This document shows positions 25,646-38,789 of a stretch of DNA of 64,000 bases, piece after piece. The stretch lies in the NCBI RefSeq assembly GCF_030144855.1, contig NC_082726.1, forward strand, positions 23,250,001 to 23,314,000, given 5' to 3'. The notes under the pieces are model-generated. The model saw only the letters and a program-made list of their open reading frames with translations, had not been told where the DNA came from and searched no databases. A program made the position numbers and the translations under genes. This DNA comes from Hypanus sabinus (taxonomy: Eukaryota). The first letter of the stretch is position 1. Each line of letters starts with the position of its first letter.

Positions 25646-26461
25646 CCTCACCTTCTTATTCTGGCTTTTGCCCCCTTCCATTCTGGACCTGATGAAGGGT
25701 TCCAGCCCAAAACATCAACTGCTTGTTCCCCTCCATTGATGCTGCCTGACTTGCTGAGTTCCTCCAGCGTGTTTGGTGTGGCTCAGGATGTCCGTGGTTT
25801 GTGGAATGTCCTGTGTTTGTGATGTGGTACGTGTGTTCACCATGAGTGAAAGCACTGCAAGCCAAGAGGGAATAGGGTGCTCGAGCTCGAGCCCGAGCCG
25901 GATCCACTGTTTTGGGCACACTTTGTTTTGAGAAATTTGTTAAAAGCTGCTCCAATCCACCAGCCAGTGAGGGCCCAATAATACTGAAGACACTACATTT
26001 CATATAAAGTCTGACAATGAGAAATGTCCCGCACATATCCCAGGGACAAAATATCTAATACTAGTGGGGATGCTTATAATGTGTGAGGGGGTAAATCCAA
26101 AGGGGATGCACAGATCAGTTCTTTAGAGGAGAGTGGTAGGTACTTGGAATGCACTGCCAGTGTTGGTGATGGAGAAAGATGTGATAGAGGTGTTTAAGAG
26201 ACTCTTAGATATCTGAGGAGAATGGAGGCCTTTGGATGATGTATAGACAACAAGGAGTCGATTAGTTTGCCCAACATTGTGGCCAAGGGTCCTGCTCCTG
26301 TGCTGTACTCTATGTTCCTAATGTAGGATTATTGTAATTGGGTGGTTGATGGTTGGTGTAGATACTGTCTAAAGGACCTGTATTTCTATGATTCTCAGGA
26401 AGCAAATTATGGACGCATAGTTTTCACGCTGCTGATACTCGTAACTCTTGCATTATTTCAG

Positions 26462-26758
26462 CCTCTTACTCCAAGCCCAACCTTCAACTGGAGCCCAGCA
26501 AAGACCTGAAGCCTGGTGATGAGGTGGCCATTGCTTGCCATTCCTCGGGGGGCTACCCGCCAGCAACGGTCCAGTGGCTTGACGGGAAAGGGAGCAACAT
26601 CACTGAGAACATCACGACGTCGCAGGTGGCCAATGAAGAGGGCCTGTTTGAAGTGCACAGTGTGATCCGGGTGATACTGGAGCCAAACAGCACGTATAGT
26701 TGCATGGTGAGGAACGAGCTACTGAACGAGGAGTCATTGACTTCGGCTACTATTACAG
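26462..26758 (+). CDS. CD276: CD276 (B7-H3) IgC-domain exon, phase 1-1, 297 nt
   Basis: Acceptor ttatttcag|CC, donor ACAG|gtcagt. Encodes (A)SYSKPNLQLEPSKDLKPGDEVAIACHSSGGYPPATVQWLDGKG...SQVANEEGLFEVHSVIRVILEPNSTYSCMVRN...SATIT, collinear with human [20 protein letters not shown]...ANEQGLFDVHS...YSCLVRN. Confidence 0.95.
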
Positions 26759-27088
26759 GTCAGTCCTACGTCTCGGCAATTTAAAGTCTGCTGTGCATTG
26801 GAGGGGAAAATACCTTACCAGTGTGGTCCCGAGTCTGGTGCCTGAGATTGCTGGCCCACATTGTGTCTTTTAGAGTGGCCTGGCTTCCAGATTATCAGAG
26901 TAATTCAGAGCATCTACACTCATGGAATGCCAAAATCGTCAATATTCAGTCTATTGTCATGTGCACAACTACAGTACATGTTTCAGCAGTTGCAATGAAA
27001 AACCTACTTGCAGCTTCATCACAGCACAGACCATCACTAATGCAATGTTCCCAAGGAAGTCATACTTTAAAACATTAATTATACAAAG

Positions 27089-27550
27089 CAATGCTGGAGC
27101 AACTCAACGCAGGTCCGGCAGCATCTATGGAAATGAATAAGCAGTCAATGTCTCGGGCCGAGAACTTTCTTCAGGACTGGAAAGAAAGGGTGAAGATGCC
27201 AGAATAAAACAGTGGGGGAGGGGAAGGTGGACAACTAGAAGATGAAAGGTAGCTGAGAGGAGAGTGGACCATAGGAGAAAGGGAAGGAGGAGGGTACACA
27301 GGGGGAGGGGGAGGTGATAGGTTGCTGATGAGGTAAGAGGCCAGAGACAGAAATTGAAGAAGAGGGGAGGGTGAGGGATTTTATTTTACTGGAAGGAGAA
27401 ATTGATTTCCATGCTGTCAGGTTGAAGGTTATCCAGAGGTGGTGTCCCTCCACCCTCATGGCATATATCGGAATGGGAATGGGAATCAGAATTAAAATGT
27501 TTGGCCACAGGGAAGTTTTGCTTTCGGTTGATAGAGTGGAGGTGATCAAC
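27089..27550 (-). mobile_element. Penelope 3' end/pLTR
   Basis: pLTR with decayed hammerhead (27142-27180) and purine-rich tract; possible TSD aattat(a/g)caa at 27077 and 27552. Confidence 0.65.
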
Positions 27551-27589
27551 AAATTATGCAAGAAAGGGCACAATTAGAAGAAAAAAGTC

Positions 27590-28320
27590 CAATTGAATGT
27601 AAAGCGGTCATTATGTTGGTGTACTGAGGTAGTGATTAGGGATGTGAAAGCTGGTTCAAGATCCGAATGGTTGAAGGGAAGTAGTTGTTCTTGAACTTGG
27701 TGATTGGGACTTCAGGCTGCTATACTTCCTGCCTGATGGTAACTGTGAGAAGATAGCATCGTTTGGTTGGTCGGGATCTTTGATGATAGATGTTGTCTTC
27801 TTGAGGCAACACCTCGTAGATTCTATGGGGGTGGGGAAATGTGCCTGTGATGTTTTGGATGGAGTTCACTACCAACTGCAGCCTCTTATGTTTTAGTGCA
27901 TTTGAATTGCCATCCCAGACTAGGAGGTAACCAGTCAGGATATTTTCGGCAGTCCATATGCAAAAGTTTGACTGTATTCATTAACATGCTGAACCTTCAA
28001 AGTTTTCTAAGAACGTAAACACACTGGTGCGCTCTCTGCATGATTGCATTTACGTACTGGACAAGGACAATGGCAGGTGTTAGTGTCCAGGAGCTTAAAG
28101 CTGTTGATCATCTCCACCTCTGGTTCACATGCTAGGCTATCTTCCCTTCCTAAGTCAACCATCAGTTCTGCACTTTTGCCGACGTTCAGTGAGAGGTTGT
28201 TGTTGAGGCACCTCTCATCCATGTGTCCTATTTTGCTCCTGTATGCCGATTCTTCACCACCCACGGTGCGTCCAATAACAGTGGTTACATCAACAAACTT
28301 GCATATGGCCTTGGAGGATT
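27590..28320 (-). mobile_element. Decayed Rex1/Babar fragment
   Basis: EESAYR...CLNNNLSLNVGKSAELMVD (28007-28264 -). Confidence 0.7.
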
Positions 28321-28346
28321 ATAATGCTAAAAATGTAAAATTGTAT

Positions 28347-28419
28347 ACATCAGGAAATCTACAGATGCTGGAAATTCAAGCAACACACCAGCGTTCCACC
28401 AGCATTTTGTTTGTGTTGC
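28347..28419. mobile_element. 73-bp PLE-derived foldback
   Basis: Exact 14-bp TSD atgtaaaattgtat at 28333-28346 and 28420-28433. Confidence 0.8.
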
Positions 28420-28519
28420 ATGTAAAATTGTATGCAATGTTGGTGTACACCCATGATTAAAATGCTAAGAAAAGCATGTAAACACATACACACACAATGT
28501 CTAATGTAGTCTAAGATTT

Positions 28520-28940
28520 CATAGACTGTACAGTGCTGAAACAGGCCCTTTACCTCTGTGGTCCATGGCAACCAAGATTCCCAGCTAAGCTAGTCCAGCT
28601 CCCACATTTGACACATATCACTCTGAACCTTTCCCATCCATGTAGCTGTCCAAATGCCTTTTAAATGTTATTGATATACCTGCATCAACAACTTCCTCTG
28701 GCAGCCCATTCATTAAACTAATCACTCTCTATATGCAAAAAAAAACTCCTTACGTTCCCTTTAAATCTCTCCTCTCACCGTAAACCTATGTTGCCTGGTT
28801 CTTAATTCTCAACCCTGGGAAAAGATTGTATGCACTCACCCTATCTATGGCCCTCATGATTTTAGATACTTCTGTAAGATCCCCCTCATTCTCCTACACT
28901 TCAATAAACCAAGTCCTGGCTTCTCAACCCCTCTCTATAA
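28520..28940 (-). mobile_element. CR1 3' fragment
   Basis: Reverse-complement CR1 3' UTR and ORF2 end. Confidence 0.6.
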
Positions 28941-31905
28941 CTCTGTACCTCAAGTTTTATGCTGCTCCATTATTTTGTCAGTTTAAACACTGGCCCAGAT
29001 TGACTGCAAAGATGAGGTGTTGGGATCCAAGGCAAGAGCCGATTTTGCTTGTTCTGTGCAATGGTCACTCCTCTCTCCATGGAGCTAAGGCTATGAAGTC
29101 TGCCCTGGCTGTTGTGCTCCATGTCCGCTAATATGATGAATTGATAAAAGAGGTTTTGGGCTTCCTCCAGGCTGTTGCGGGGTTCCGGTCTGAGGACTCA
29201 CTTTTGGTTCGGGATGCTGTTGTTTGCTTCAGTTGTTTGCAGGATCTGTATTTTTTTTTTCTTTCTCTTGTGTACTGGGTTTTTATTTTTATTTTTACTC
29301 CTTTTTTCTTCTTTAATTGGTTTCTTTCAAGTTTTTTTGCTTTGTGGCTACCTGTGAGCAATCAAATCTCAAGGCTGTATTATTTATACATTCTTTGACG
29401 ATAAATTGTACTTTGAATCTTTACCTTTACTTTGATAAAGATCTTTACCAAAAGATCTTTATCTTTATCTTTACTTTGCATCTCATCCCCCTTTGATTTC
29501 AATTGGCTGCCATGCTTGAATTGGCTTCCCTGCTCCTGGGCAGATCCCTGCATGAGAGGCAAGTAGCTGGCACCGACCCATAAGGACCTCAGCATCAGCT
29601 AGAACTCTACTGAGCAGAGGGGAAAGCCATACTCTCCCCTCAGACATCAACCCAGTTACAGCACACTTCCAGAAGATCCATCGGTAGATTGTCCCCTAAA
29701 ATCTTACAACAAAACCTCCCCAGTTACTGATTATTTTCTTAAAAATATATATAGAGTCGTACAGCGCAGAAACAGGGCCTACCATCCAACTGGAGCAAAG
29801 CTGAGCAGGGAGCTAGTTCCATTTGCCATTTCCATTTGGCCTCTATCCCTCGAAACCTTTCAGATATTATTAATATATGCACCTTAACCACTCTTGCTGG
29901 CAGCTTATTCCATAAATTGGAAGAATTTATCTCTGCTGTGTAAGGGACTCTCAACATCGCCATATGTTTTGAAATTTTGGGCATATGGTTTGCCTTTAAT
30001 GAAGATTGTGGAGGAAATGCACACCTACCAGTCAGTGTGATAATGGAATAAACTACATTCGTTGCAGCAATAGCATGTAGATTCACGATTCCAGATTCAA
30101 GATAGTTTGGAGTGATTTGTCAGTACAGAGGAGTAAAGGAAAATGAAGTGGCTGTGTCGCGCTGTATCCTTGGACCCAAGAGCAGGATCATACAGAGACT
30201 TGGAGGATTAAACAAAGTTAGGAATTTTATTTACAAAAGAGATGAAGCGAAACAGTAGAACTTACAAGGACTTGGATAACTCCACCAGAGTCAGGACAAC
30301 CAAACCAGTTTAAATACACTCCAGGGCATGAAAGTCTCTGTGCCCATTTAATAAAACTCCAAACTAATTACAAGCTTACAAGTAACTGTTCTAATAACAG
30401 ACATAAGTCCAAGGCTATTTAATTGGTCTCCTGTGAAGTCTTAGAGAATTATTTGGAAGAAATTGAGGACAATTACAACTTAAATATAAACTAGAGAAGA
30501 CCTAACAAAAACATATAAGAAACCCAAAATGCAACAATACAGAAAATTCCAATTGATAAAACGCAGAGAATACAAAAAAACACAACAGCAAAAAAAAACT
30601 CAGAGCCCTCAGAAAACTCTAACAATGACCCAAGGTAGTGGCAGATTGTTACTCTGGATCCTGTGCAGCATAACATACACAATAAGCACAAGAAGATATG
30701 GAACTACCTTGCAAATCTGGGAGTAAAGTAACAGTGAGAGATTGTCTAGTGTTTTTAAGTATTATCCTTCAAGAAGGCTGTTTGGCTGAAGTCAATGTTT
30801 AGTTTTGGCTAATTACCACTCTTTTGTGTGTGTTGGATTAGTAAATCACTAAACGCGAACATGCCGGTTCAGCAAGCACTTAGGAAGGGAAATGCTACAT
30901 TGATAAGTGTCTCACACCGTTTATATAGAGATGTGGGTGAGACCGGACCTCAACTGCTGCGTGCAGGTCTGCTGTTAAGAGTAGACTGGCAATAGACGGA
31001 CAGCAGTGAAGGCTAATCAGATGGATTCCTGGAATGATGGGCTTGTGTACGAGGATAGGGCTTCTCTATTGAATTTAGAACATGTCTCACATTCTTTGGA
31101 GGCTCAATAGATATGTAATTGATAACATCCTCGACTGGGAGATGTAACCAGGAGACACAGTCTCAAAATGAATGGCTTACTGTTAAGGACCAGGGTGGGA
31201 AGAAATTTCTTCATTAGAAGATATACAGATTGATAGACTTCTAGATATTAAAAAAATCAAAGGGATGAGTATAAGAACACAGTGCTGAGTGAAAAGACCA
31301 GCTGTGAACTTATTGTTCAGCAGAGTGACTGAATGGTTTATTCCTGCTTCTATTTCACATGTTCTGCAGGGGAACTAAAATTTTCACCTTACAGTGCGTA
31401 ACTGCTTTTAGTCACTGCTAACAGGTCAGTAACTATAAGGATCATACTGACGTGAAAGAATCTGAGGTTTTCTTTATGTAAGAGTTGTAATGTTGTAGGA
31501 GGGACTTCCTAAAGAGGTTGAATAAACATATTCAATGCATTTCAGTAACAATATAATAAATGGAAAGCTTGGCATAGCTGCGGGAATGAATAGGGAGTGG
31601 AGTTAATTAGAGAGCTGGTGCAGGCAAGATAGCCGAATGGCTACATTGGCTCAGATTTTGCAGATGAAACCATGAGACACACAGTCCCTACTGAACTGTA
31701 GTCAAAATTATGTAACGATGATACTCACAACCAGCTAGTGAAGATCTCTTGCTGAGATTGAGCAGTGTCAAAGTCCTATGTGGTTGGGTTTGTTAAAGCT
31801 TTCAAAGGGGTTAAGAAAATGCTGGGGATACACAGTAGGACAGTGAAGAGGAAATGGTTAAGACTTCAGGCCAGTGACATTCAGTTCTGGAAGAGTGAGA
31901 AAGTA

Positions 31906-32425
31906 CATTCAGTGGCCGTTTTATTAGGCACACCTGCTCGTTAATGCATGTATCTCATCAGCCAATCATATGGCAGCAACATCAATGCATAAAAGCACAC
32001 TGGCAAGGCCAAGAGCTTCAGTTGCTGTTCACATCAAACATTAGAGTAGGGTAGAAATGCATTCTAATTGACTTTGATTGTTAGTGCTGGACGAGCTGAA
32101 TGTCTCGGGAATTGCTGATCTCCTGGCGTTCTCATGCACAACAGTCTCTAAAGTTTGCAGAGATTGGTGTGAAAAGGGGGAGAAAAAAAGCATCTGGTGA
32201 ACATCAGTTCTGTGGATGAAAAATGCCATGTTAATGAGAGAGGTCAGAGGAGAATGGCCAGACTGGTTCAAGCTGATAGGAGGTGACAGTAACTCAAGTA
32301 ACTACATGGCATGCAGAAAAACATCTCTGAATGCGCAACATGTTGAACTTTAAAGTGGATAGGATACGGCAGCCGAGGGCCACACTGGGTTCTACTCCCA
32401 CACCTAATAAAGTGGCCACTGGGTT
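31906..32425 (+). mobile_element. Tc1-like non-autonomous element, same family as 23455-23993
   Basis: TA|cattcagtggccgttttattagg ... cctaataaagtggccactgggtt|TA; internal similarity to the first copy. Confidence 0.85.
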
Positions 32426-32699
32426 TAAGTGCACTTTGATTGGCAGAGGGGTGGAGAGAACAGTGAATTCCTGAGATGGGCAGACAACAAGAGAGTCCAG
32501 ATGAGGAATGTATTAGTGCTGTGAAAGGGAGAGAGGCAAATGCCTACTCATCATACCTGATCTGTCTGGAGGAGGTATAAACAGAGAAAATAAATGAGGG
32601 CAGATGAGAGAAAGTAAAGCAAACACCACTGGAACTGTGAGAGGCAGATTGTGACTTGCCGGATTTCCAAAGCAGAGGAGAATACTGCAAATTCTCTAA

Positions 32700-34480
32700 G
32701 TCCAAATTTCAAAGTAAATTTACTTTTAAAGTAGTCTATCACCATAACCTACCCTGAGAATCATTTTGTTGCAGACATTCACAGTAGAACAAAGAAATAC
32801 AACAGAACCAATGACAACCTACACTCAAAAGACTGACCAACAATGTGCAAAAGAAGAGAAACTATACAAATACAATAAAACATATAAAATAATACTAATA
32901 AAAAAGTAAATAAACAATATTGAAAACATGAGTTACAGAGTCCTGGAAAGTGAGTCCCTATGTTGTGGAATCAGTTCAGTGTTGAGGTGAGTGAAGATAT
33001 CCACTCTGGTTCCGTAGTCTGATGGCGAAAGGGTAACAACTACCTGAACCTGGTTGTGTGGGGCCTAAGGCTCCTGTACGGTCTTCCCGATGGCAGCAGA
33101 GAGAAGACAGCATGGTCTGCATGGTCTGCATGGTGAGCAGTGTTGACGTCGGTACTTCTTGTAGATGTGGTCAATGGCGGGGAGGGCTTTTTCTGTACTT
33201 GGCAGGTCAGAAAGCCTCAGTGGAGAGAGAAAAACTGCTCAGCTTGGGGATAAATGATCTTTTTTAATCATTGCTGCCGTCTGTCCCAGGAGTATTTCAA
33301 AATTATTTAAAACAAAATCAACAAATGCAAAAGACAGATATGTTAAAATATAACTAATGTACTTTTCTGAACAGTTCTAAATTCCTGTCCCAGTGAAAGG
33401 GCTCACGGATCTAGCAACTGATGGGATTTGTACAAGTCCCTGCCCTATAACTGGCAACAAAAGGGTTTCACAGGGCAGATGTTGAAATGTTTTCACTGGA
33501 GTTTAGGATCAAGAAGATGTAGTTACAAAATAAAGGGCTGCTAATTTAAAGCCAAAAGAAGCTTCTCTCAGAGGGGATTGAACCTCTGGAGCTCTCTGAC
33601 TCCAAGGATGGTGGCGAAACTTTAAGCCAGAGGTAGGTAACTGTTTGAAATATCTTGCATAAGCTAATAATTCAAACTTACTGCCTTAAAGGAAGTTTAC
33701 TGTGGGCTGAAGAGCCTATTTCTGTTTGGTACTGCTTTAAAGATGGCTGGGGAAAGCTACAAAGAATACAGGCCCTGTGTTGCAGACTCAGTGTTACAGG
33801 GGGTGCATTGAGAGAAATTGGCACCATGATTGCTTAGACAAGTTCTGAGAGTCCCAGATAATAAAACCGTAGCATTTTTTTTGTGTTATTGTTTCACAGC
33901 AAGTACAAGTGTGTGAGGAGGTGTTGTAAGAGATTATTCAACACACCACCAAAAAAGATGTACACAGAGGCCATTTGTCAAGATTCAAAGGTTCATTTTA
34001 TTGTCAAAGTATGTATGTACAATACAACTTCGATATTCACCTTCTCCAGATAGCCATAAAATACAGAAAAAACACGAGAGCCATTGAAAGAAAAGCCATC
34101 AAACCCCTCACCACACAAAAGCCATCAAACCATCCCCTTCACCACACAGAAAAACCGACAGATCACCAACATAGAAAACAGCAGCAGAATCATCAAAAAC
34201 TCCAAACCCGTAACTCTGTCCCTCTCAAAAAAAATGACACCAACAAAGCCTCAACTCCCCCCACAAAAAAAGGACAGTGCCAACAGCCCCAAACCTCCAA
34301 CCCCCTCTCCTACACACATAAACCAGCAGATTGCCTCACAGAAAAAACAAGAACATCAGACCTTAAATCCCCAACCCCTCCCTCACATAAAAACCAACAC
34401 ATTGCCCCCTCAGAACTCCACCCCACCAATCAGCAACAAGAGAGAAAACACAGAAAACTGAAGGAGACCATCTACTGTTG
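32700..34480 (-). mobile_element. LINE 3'-tail fragments (ttcaaagtaaattt-type tails at ~32708 and ~33985), mixed with CR1 remnants
   Basis: Same tail family as 4370, 29340-29420(+), 50245 and 56850-57000(+). Confidence 0.5.
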
Positions 34481-34671
34481 GAAATAATGGATCAGGAGCA
34501 CCTTCTAATCCATTAGATTTAGGATGGAAAACCGTGACACGTGTACCATTGGACTTCAGGGTACTTGTGTACCATTGTTGTGCACCAGATACTTGTACTC
34601 CCATTCAGTCTGTCCCAAACTACTTTTAATTTCCAATTCCAGTCTTCAAACTAGCTCCTGCTGCTATAAGA

Positions 34672-36260
34672 CCTTAAGACATAGGAGCAGAATTTGGCCT
34701 TTCAGCCCATTGAATCTGCTCCACCATTCCGTCAAGACTGATACCGGATCCCACTCAACCTCATACACTCGCCTTCTCACCATATCCTTTGATGCCCTGA
34801 TGAATCAGTAAGCTATCAATTTCCACCTTAAATATATCCATGGACTTGACCTCCACCGCATGCTGTGGCAGAGCATTCCACAGATTCACTACTCTCCGGC
34901 TAAAAAAATTTTTCCTTACCTCTGTTCTAAAAGGTTGCCGCTCAATTTTGAGGCTGTGCCCTCTAGTTCTGGATCGCCTCACCACAGGAAACATCCTCAC
35001 CATATTCACCCCATCTAGCCCTTTCAACATTTGGTAGGTTTCAATGAGATTCCCCTCCCCCCCTTGCATCCTTCTAATTCCAGTGAGTACAGGCCCAAAG
35101 CTGCCAAATGTTCCTCATATGTTAACCACTTCAATCCTGGAATCATCCTTTCTGAAATATGGGGCCCAAAACAATACTCCAAATGTGGCCTGATTATTGT
35201 CATATCAAGGCTCAGCATTATCTCCTTACTTTTATATTCTATTCTTCTTGAAATAAATGCCATCATCGCATTTGCCTTCTTTACCACAGACCCAACCTGT
35301 AGATTAACCTTCTGGGAATCTTGCAGGAGGACTCCTAATTCAGAAGAACATAAGATATAGGAGCAGGAGTAGGCCATCTGGCCCATTGAGCCTGCTCCAC
35401 CATTTAATAAGATCATGGCCTTAGATTTATCCCCACAACCCTTAATACCCCTACTTTGGAAACAAGTCCCTCTGTACCTCTGATGTTTGAAACTTCTCTC
35501 CATTTAGATAATAGTCTGCAACATTGTTCCTTTCACCAAAATGCATTATTATACATTTCCCAACACTCCATTCCATCTGCCATTCTTTTGCCTATTCTTC
35601 CAATTTGTCTTAAGTCTTGCTACAATCACGTTGCTTCCTCAACACTACCTATCCTTCCACCTACCTTCGTATCATCTGCAAGCTTTGCCACTAAATCCTG
35701 AATTCCATTATCCAAATCATCAACTAACAATATGAAAAGTAGCGGTCCCAATACTGACCCCTGAGGAACACTACTAACCACTGGCAGCCAACCAGAAAAG
35801 GCCCTATTTATTCCCACTGGCTGTCTCCTGGCAAACATTCCTCTATCCATACCAGTATCTTTCTTGTAACGCCATAGGATTTTATCTCTAAGCAGCCTTA
35901 TGTAATGCTTTCTGAAAATCCAAGTAAATGACATTCACTGCCTTTCCTTTTCCACCCTGCTTTTAGCAGATTTGTCAGGCAAGATTTCCCTTTACAGAAA
36001 CCATGCTGACTTTGACTTATTTTATCATTGGTCTCCAAGTACCCCAAAACTTCATTCTTAATAATAGACTCCAATTCTTTTGCCTTCTTCCCTTCTTAAA
36101 GAGTGGAGTGACCTGTACATCCATTATCTCTTCAGCAACCTCTTTTAGGACGCTACGATGTAGTCCGTTTGATCCAGGTGACTTATCGACCTTAAGACCT
36201 TTGAGTTTGCCTAGCAGTTTTTCCTTTGTAATAGCAATGGCACTCACTCCTGATCACTGA
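34672..36260 (-). mobile_element. Internally deleted CR1 with a second short CR1 3' end inserted at ~35341-35455
   Basis: VSSVPQGSVLGP, KLADDTKVGG, RPHLEYC, VVNLWNALP in minus-strand ORFs; two separate tails. Confidence 0.85.
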
Positions 36261-36889
36261 CACTCTGTCTTATCTCTTCTTGTTAGTCATTTGCTCAATC
36301 GCTGAGCTCAAAGAGCCAACATAGCTGGATCTAAGTTATATACGTTGCGAGTAATGCAGAGATCGATAACCTGAATTTATTGGAGATGAAATATAATTAG
36401 CTATTTGCTCAGTTTCAATAATGGTAAGGACTAATAATTTTATTTTTTATATATTTATTTTGGGATACAAGTTTTATTTTATTTTTGGTGTTTTTTTTTA
36501 ACTTAAGACGCTGGCCCTACTAGTCCACAAGTCCCCCCCCCACCCCCTCCCATTTACAGCCATCTGCCCAATTAACCTATTAACCCGTACATCTTTGGAA
36601 TGGGGGAGGAATTGGAGTACCCAGAGGAAATCCATGTGCTCACACAGAGAGTGTACAAACTGCTTAGAGATGGTGGTGGAATTGAACCAGAGTTGCTGGT
36701 GATGTTTTCACTATGTTAGCATAAATATGCATTGGAAGCTACTAATAGAAAAGTTTAGTTACACTTCATATAGGCAAATTAGCTTTGGAGGGAAAGTTAG
36801 ACAGGCTGAGCTTACAGTATATCTGTAGGAGTTTGGAAGATTAAGAGCAAATTGATTGAAATATGTAAGAGGGGTCTTGAAACGACAGA

Positions 36890-37415
36890 TATGGAGATAC
36901 TTTGCCACAATGACGCCAAACTCATGTAGGCAGAGCAAAGCCTCATATTCCATCTGGGTTGCCTCTAACCTAATGGCATGAACATCAATTTCTCAAAATT
37001 CTGGTGATTTCACCCCCTCCTTCCTTTTCTCTTTTTCCCATTCCCCACTCAGGTGACCCTCTCACTTTTTCTCTGCTGTTCACCTGCCTATCACCTCCTC
37101 CTGTTTCAGGTCTTTCTTCCTGTTCTTCCATGGTGCACTGTCCTATCCGATTTCTTCTTCTACAGCCTTTTATCTCTTCTACCTATCCCCTCCCAGAATC
37201 TTACCTTGTCCCCACTCCCCCACACACCCATCTTCTCCCTCACCTGTTCTCATTTATCACCTGCCAGTTTATACTCCTCCTCCTCCTACCTCCACCTTCT
37301 CATTCTAACTTCTTCCCACTTCCTCTCCAGTCCTGATGAAGGGTCTCAGCCCAACCATCCCGTCATTCCCCTCCTGACCTGCTGAGGTTCTACCAGCGTT
37401 TTGTGTGTGTTGTAA
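36890..37415 (+). mobile_element. Penelope 3' end/pLTR
   Basis: GIY-YIG terminal codons followed by a pyrimidine tract and cagtcctgatgaagggtctcagccc at 37328-37352. Confidence 0.7.
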
Positions 37416-37861
37416 AGGGGCGCTTACTCAAAAGAAAACTGGAGCTGGGGCTCAGTGTTTAAAAAACAAAGGCTCACCCATTTAACACAGACGTAAGATG
37501 ATTTTTTTTTCTTTCAGAGGTTTGTCAATCTTTGGAACTCTTTTCCTCTAAGAGCAGTGGAAACAGAATTTGCTTCTGGAAACAGAGGCAGATGGACCAA
37601 TTTGAGTAAAGGGGTGAAAGGCTACCAGAGAGCGAGCTCAGGTCACAGTCCAATCAGCTGTGATTGTACTGACTGGCAGAGCAGACCTGGAAGCCGACTG
37701 GCCTACTCCTTTACCGGATTCACAAAAGAGGTTAAGCTACTGTTTGTAGAAGAGTACCACAGCACAGAAAGAGGCCCTTTGGTCCTTCCAGTATGTGCCA
37801 ACCCAGTCTAATTCCCATCTACCTGCACCAGGACCATAGGTCTCCATACCCCTCCCATTTA

Positions 37862-38360
37862 CAGCTGTGTGCAAAAGTCTTAGGCACAAATACGTAGTTA
37901 ATGCTAACTGCACAGCGCCGTATTTGTCAATGTGGAGTGGAGAGCGAGTTTGCCAATCTGGCAGGAGCAAACGATGTTGGGAATGGGGAGGGTGGAGTGC
38001 TGTGGGAGTCATGTGGGAGAGAAGGAGTGCCAGTGGTGAGAGGTGGCACTGCTGCAGACACACCCAGCCCTGAGACACCCTTGGCATCATTTGATTCCAA
38101 GTAATTGGTTTATTCGTCATTACAGAACGTCTGATGCTTCTCACTCTCTCCCCTCTCCTTTTCCCTTCTCCCTGCCCACTTCCCACTCTCAGTCCATCAT
38201 ATGGACCCATATCAGAATCAGGTTTATCATCACTCACATGTGTTATGAAATTTTTTTTTGTGGGAGTAATACAGTGCAATACATAAAATTACAGTGGTAC
38301 TGTGCAAATGTATTAGGCTCCTGATCTGTATTTTGTGCCTAAGACTATTGCACAGCACTG
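37862..38360. mobile_element. Composite Tc1-type MITE, copy B
   Basis: TA-flanked; left module 37862-37920, right complete mini-palindrome 38292-38360; same body as copy A. Confidence 0.75.
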
Positions 38361-38789
38361 TAGGTACCTGTTCAAAGTTTTCTTAAGTGTTTCAATTGAA
38401 CCTGTAACCACCGCTTCCCTGGGCAGCTTGTTCCACACTCGCAATTCACTCTGACTAGAGCATTTCACCCTCAAGTTCCTGTTATATATAAGTTCCTGTT
38501 ATATATTTCACCTTTCATCCTAAACCTATGAATGACCTTTAGTTTTAGTTTCACAGGTCCGGATGGGGAAAAAGCCTGCATGCATTCACACATCATAATG
38601 TCATGTCTGAATAAACATGCAGGTGGATGCAATATTATTCACTGGCAGTAGATGTCACTGGAATACCACATCCCAGGAGACAGTGAGAGACTAATGCTTT
38701 GCAGCCCAGTATTGGATGTGGAAGTCTTACTGATTCATTGTGAGTTTCTAATATTGACAGCCTAGATTAGAGTAAGTAACTTTTCCCAT

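Larger units (their letters stand above)
24660..25790 (+). mobile_element. Penelope 3' fragment split by a tandem repeat and a SINE
   Basis: End of GIY-YIG coding sequence (LGSLQP-like) at ~24690-24750; pLTR with ctgatgaagggttccagcccaaaac at 25689-25713. Confidence 0.6.

Noticed and set aside
30155-30675. Possible solo LTR (TG...CA ends with a weak inverted repeat, AATAAA on the minus strand)
   Set aside because: No TSD and no second copy in the window; the support is too weak.
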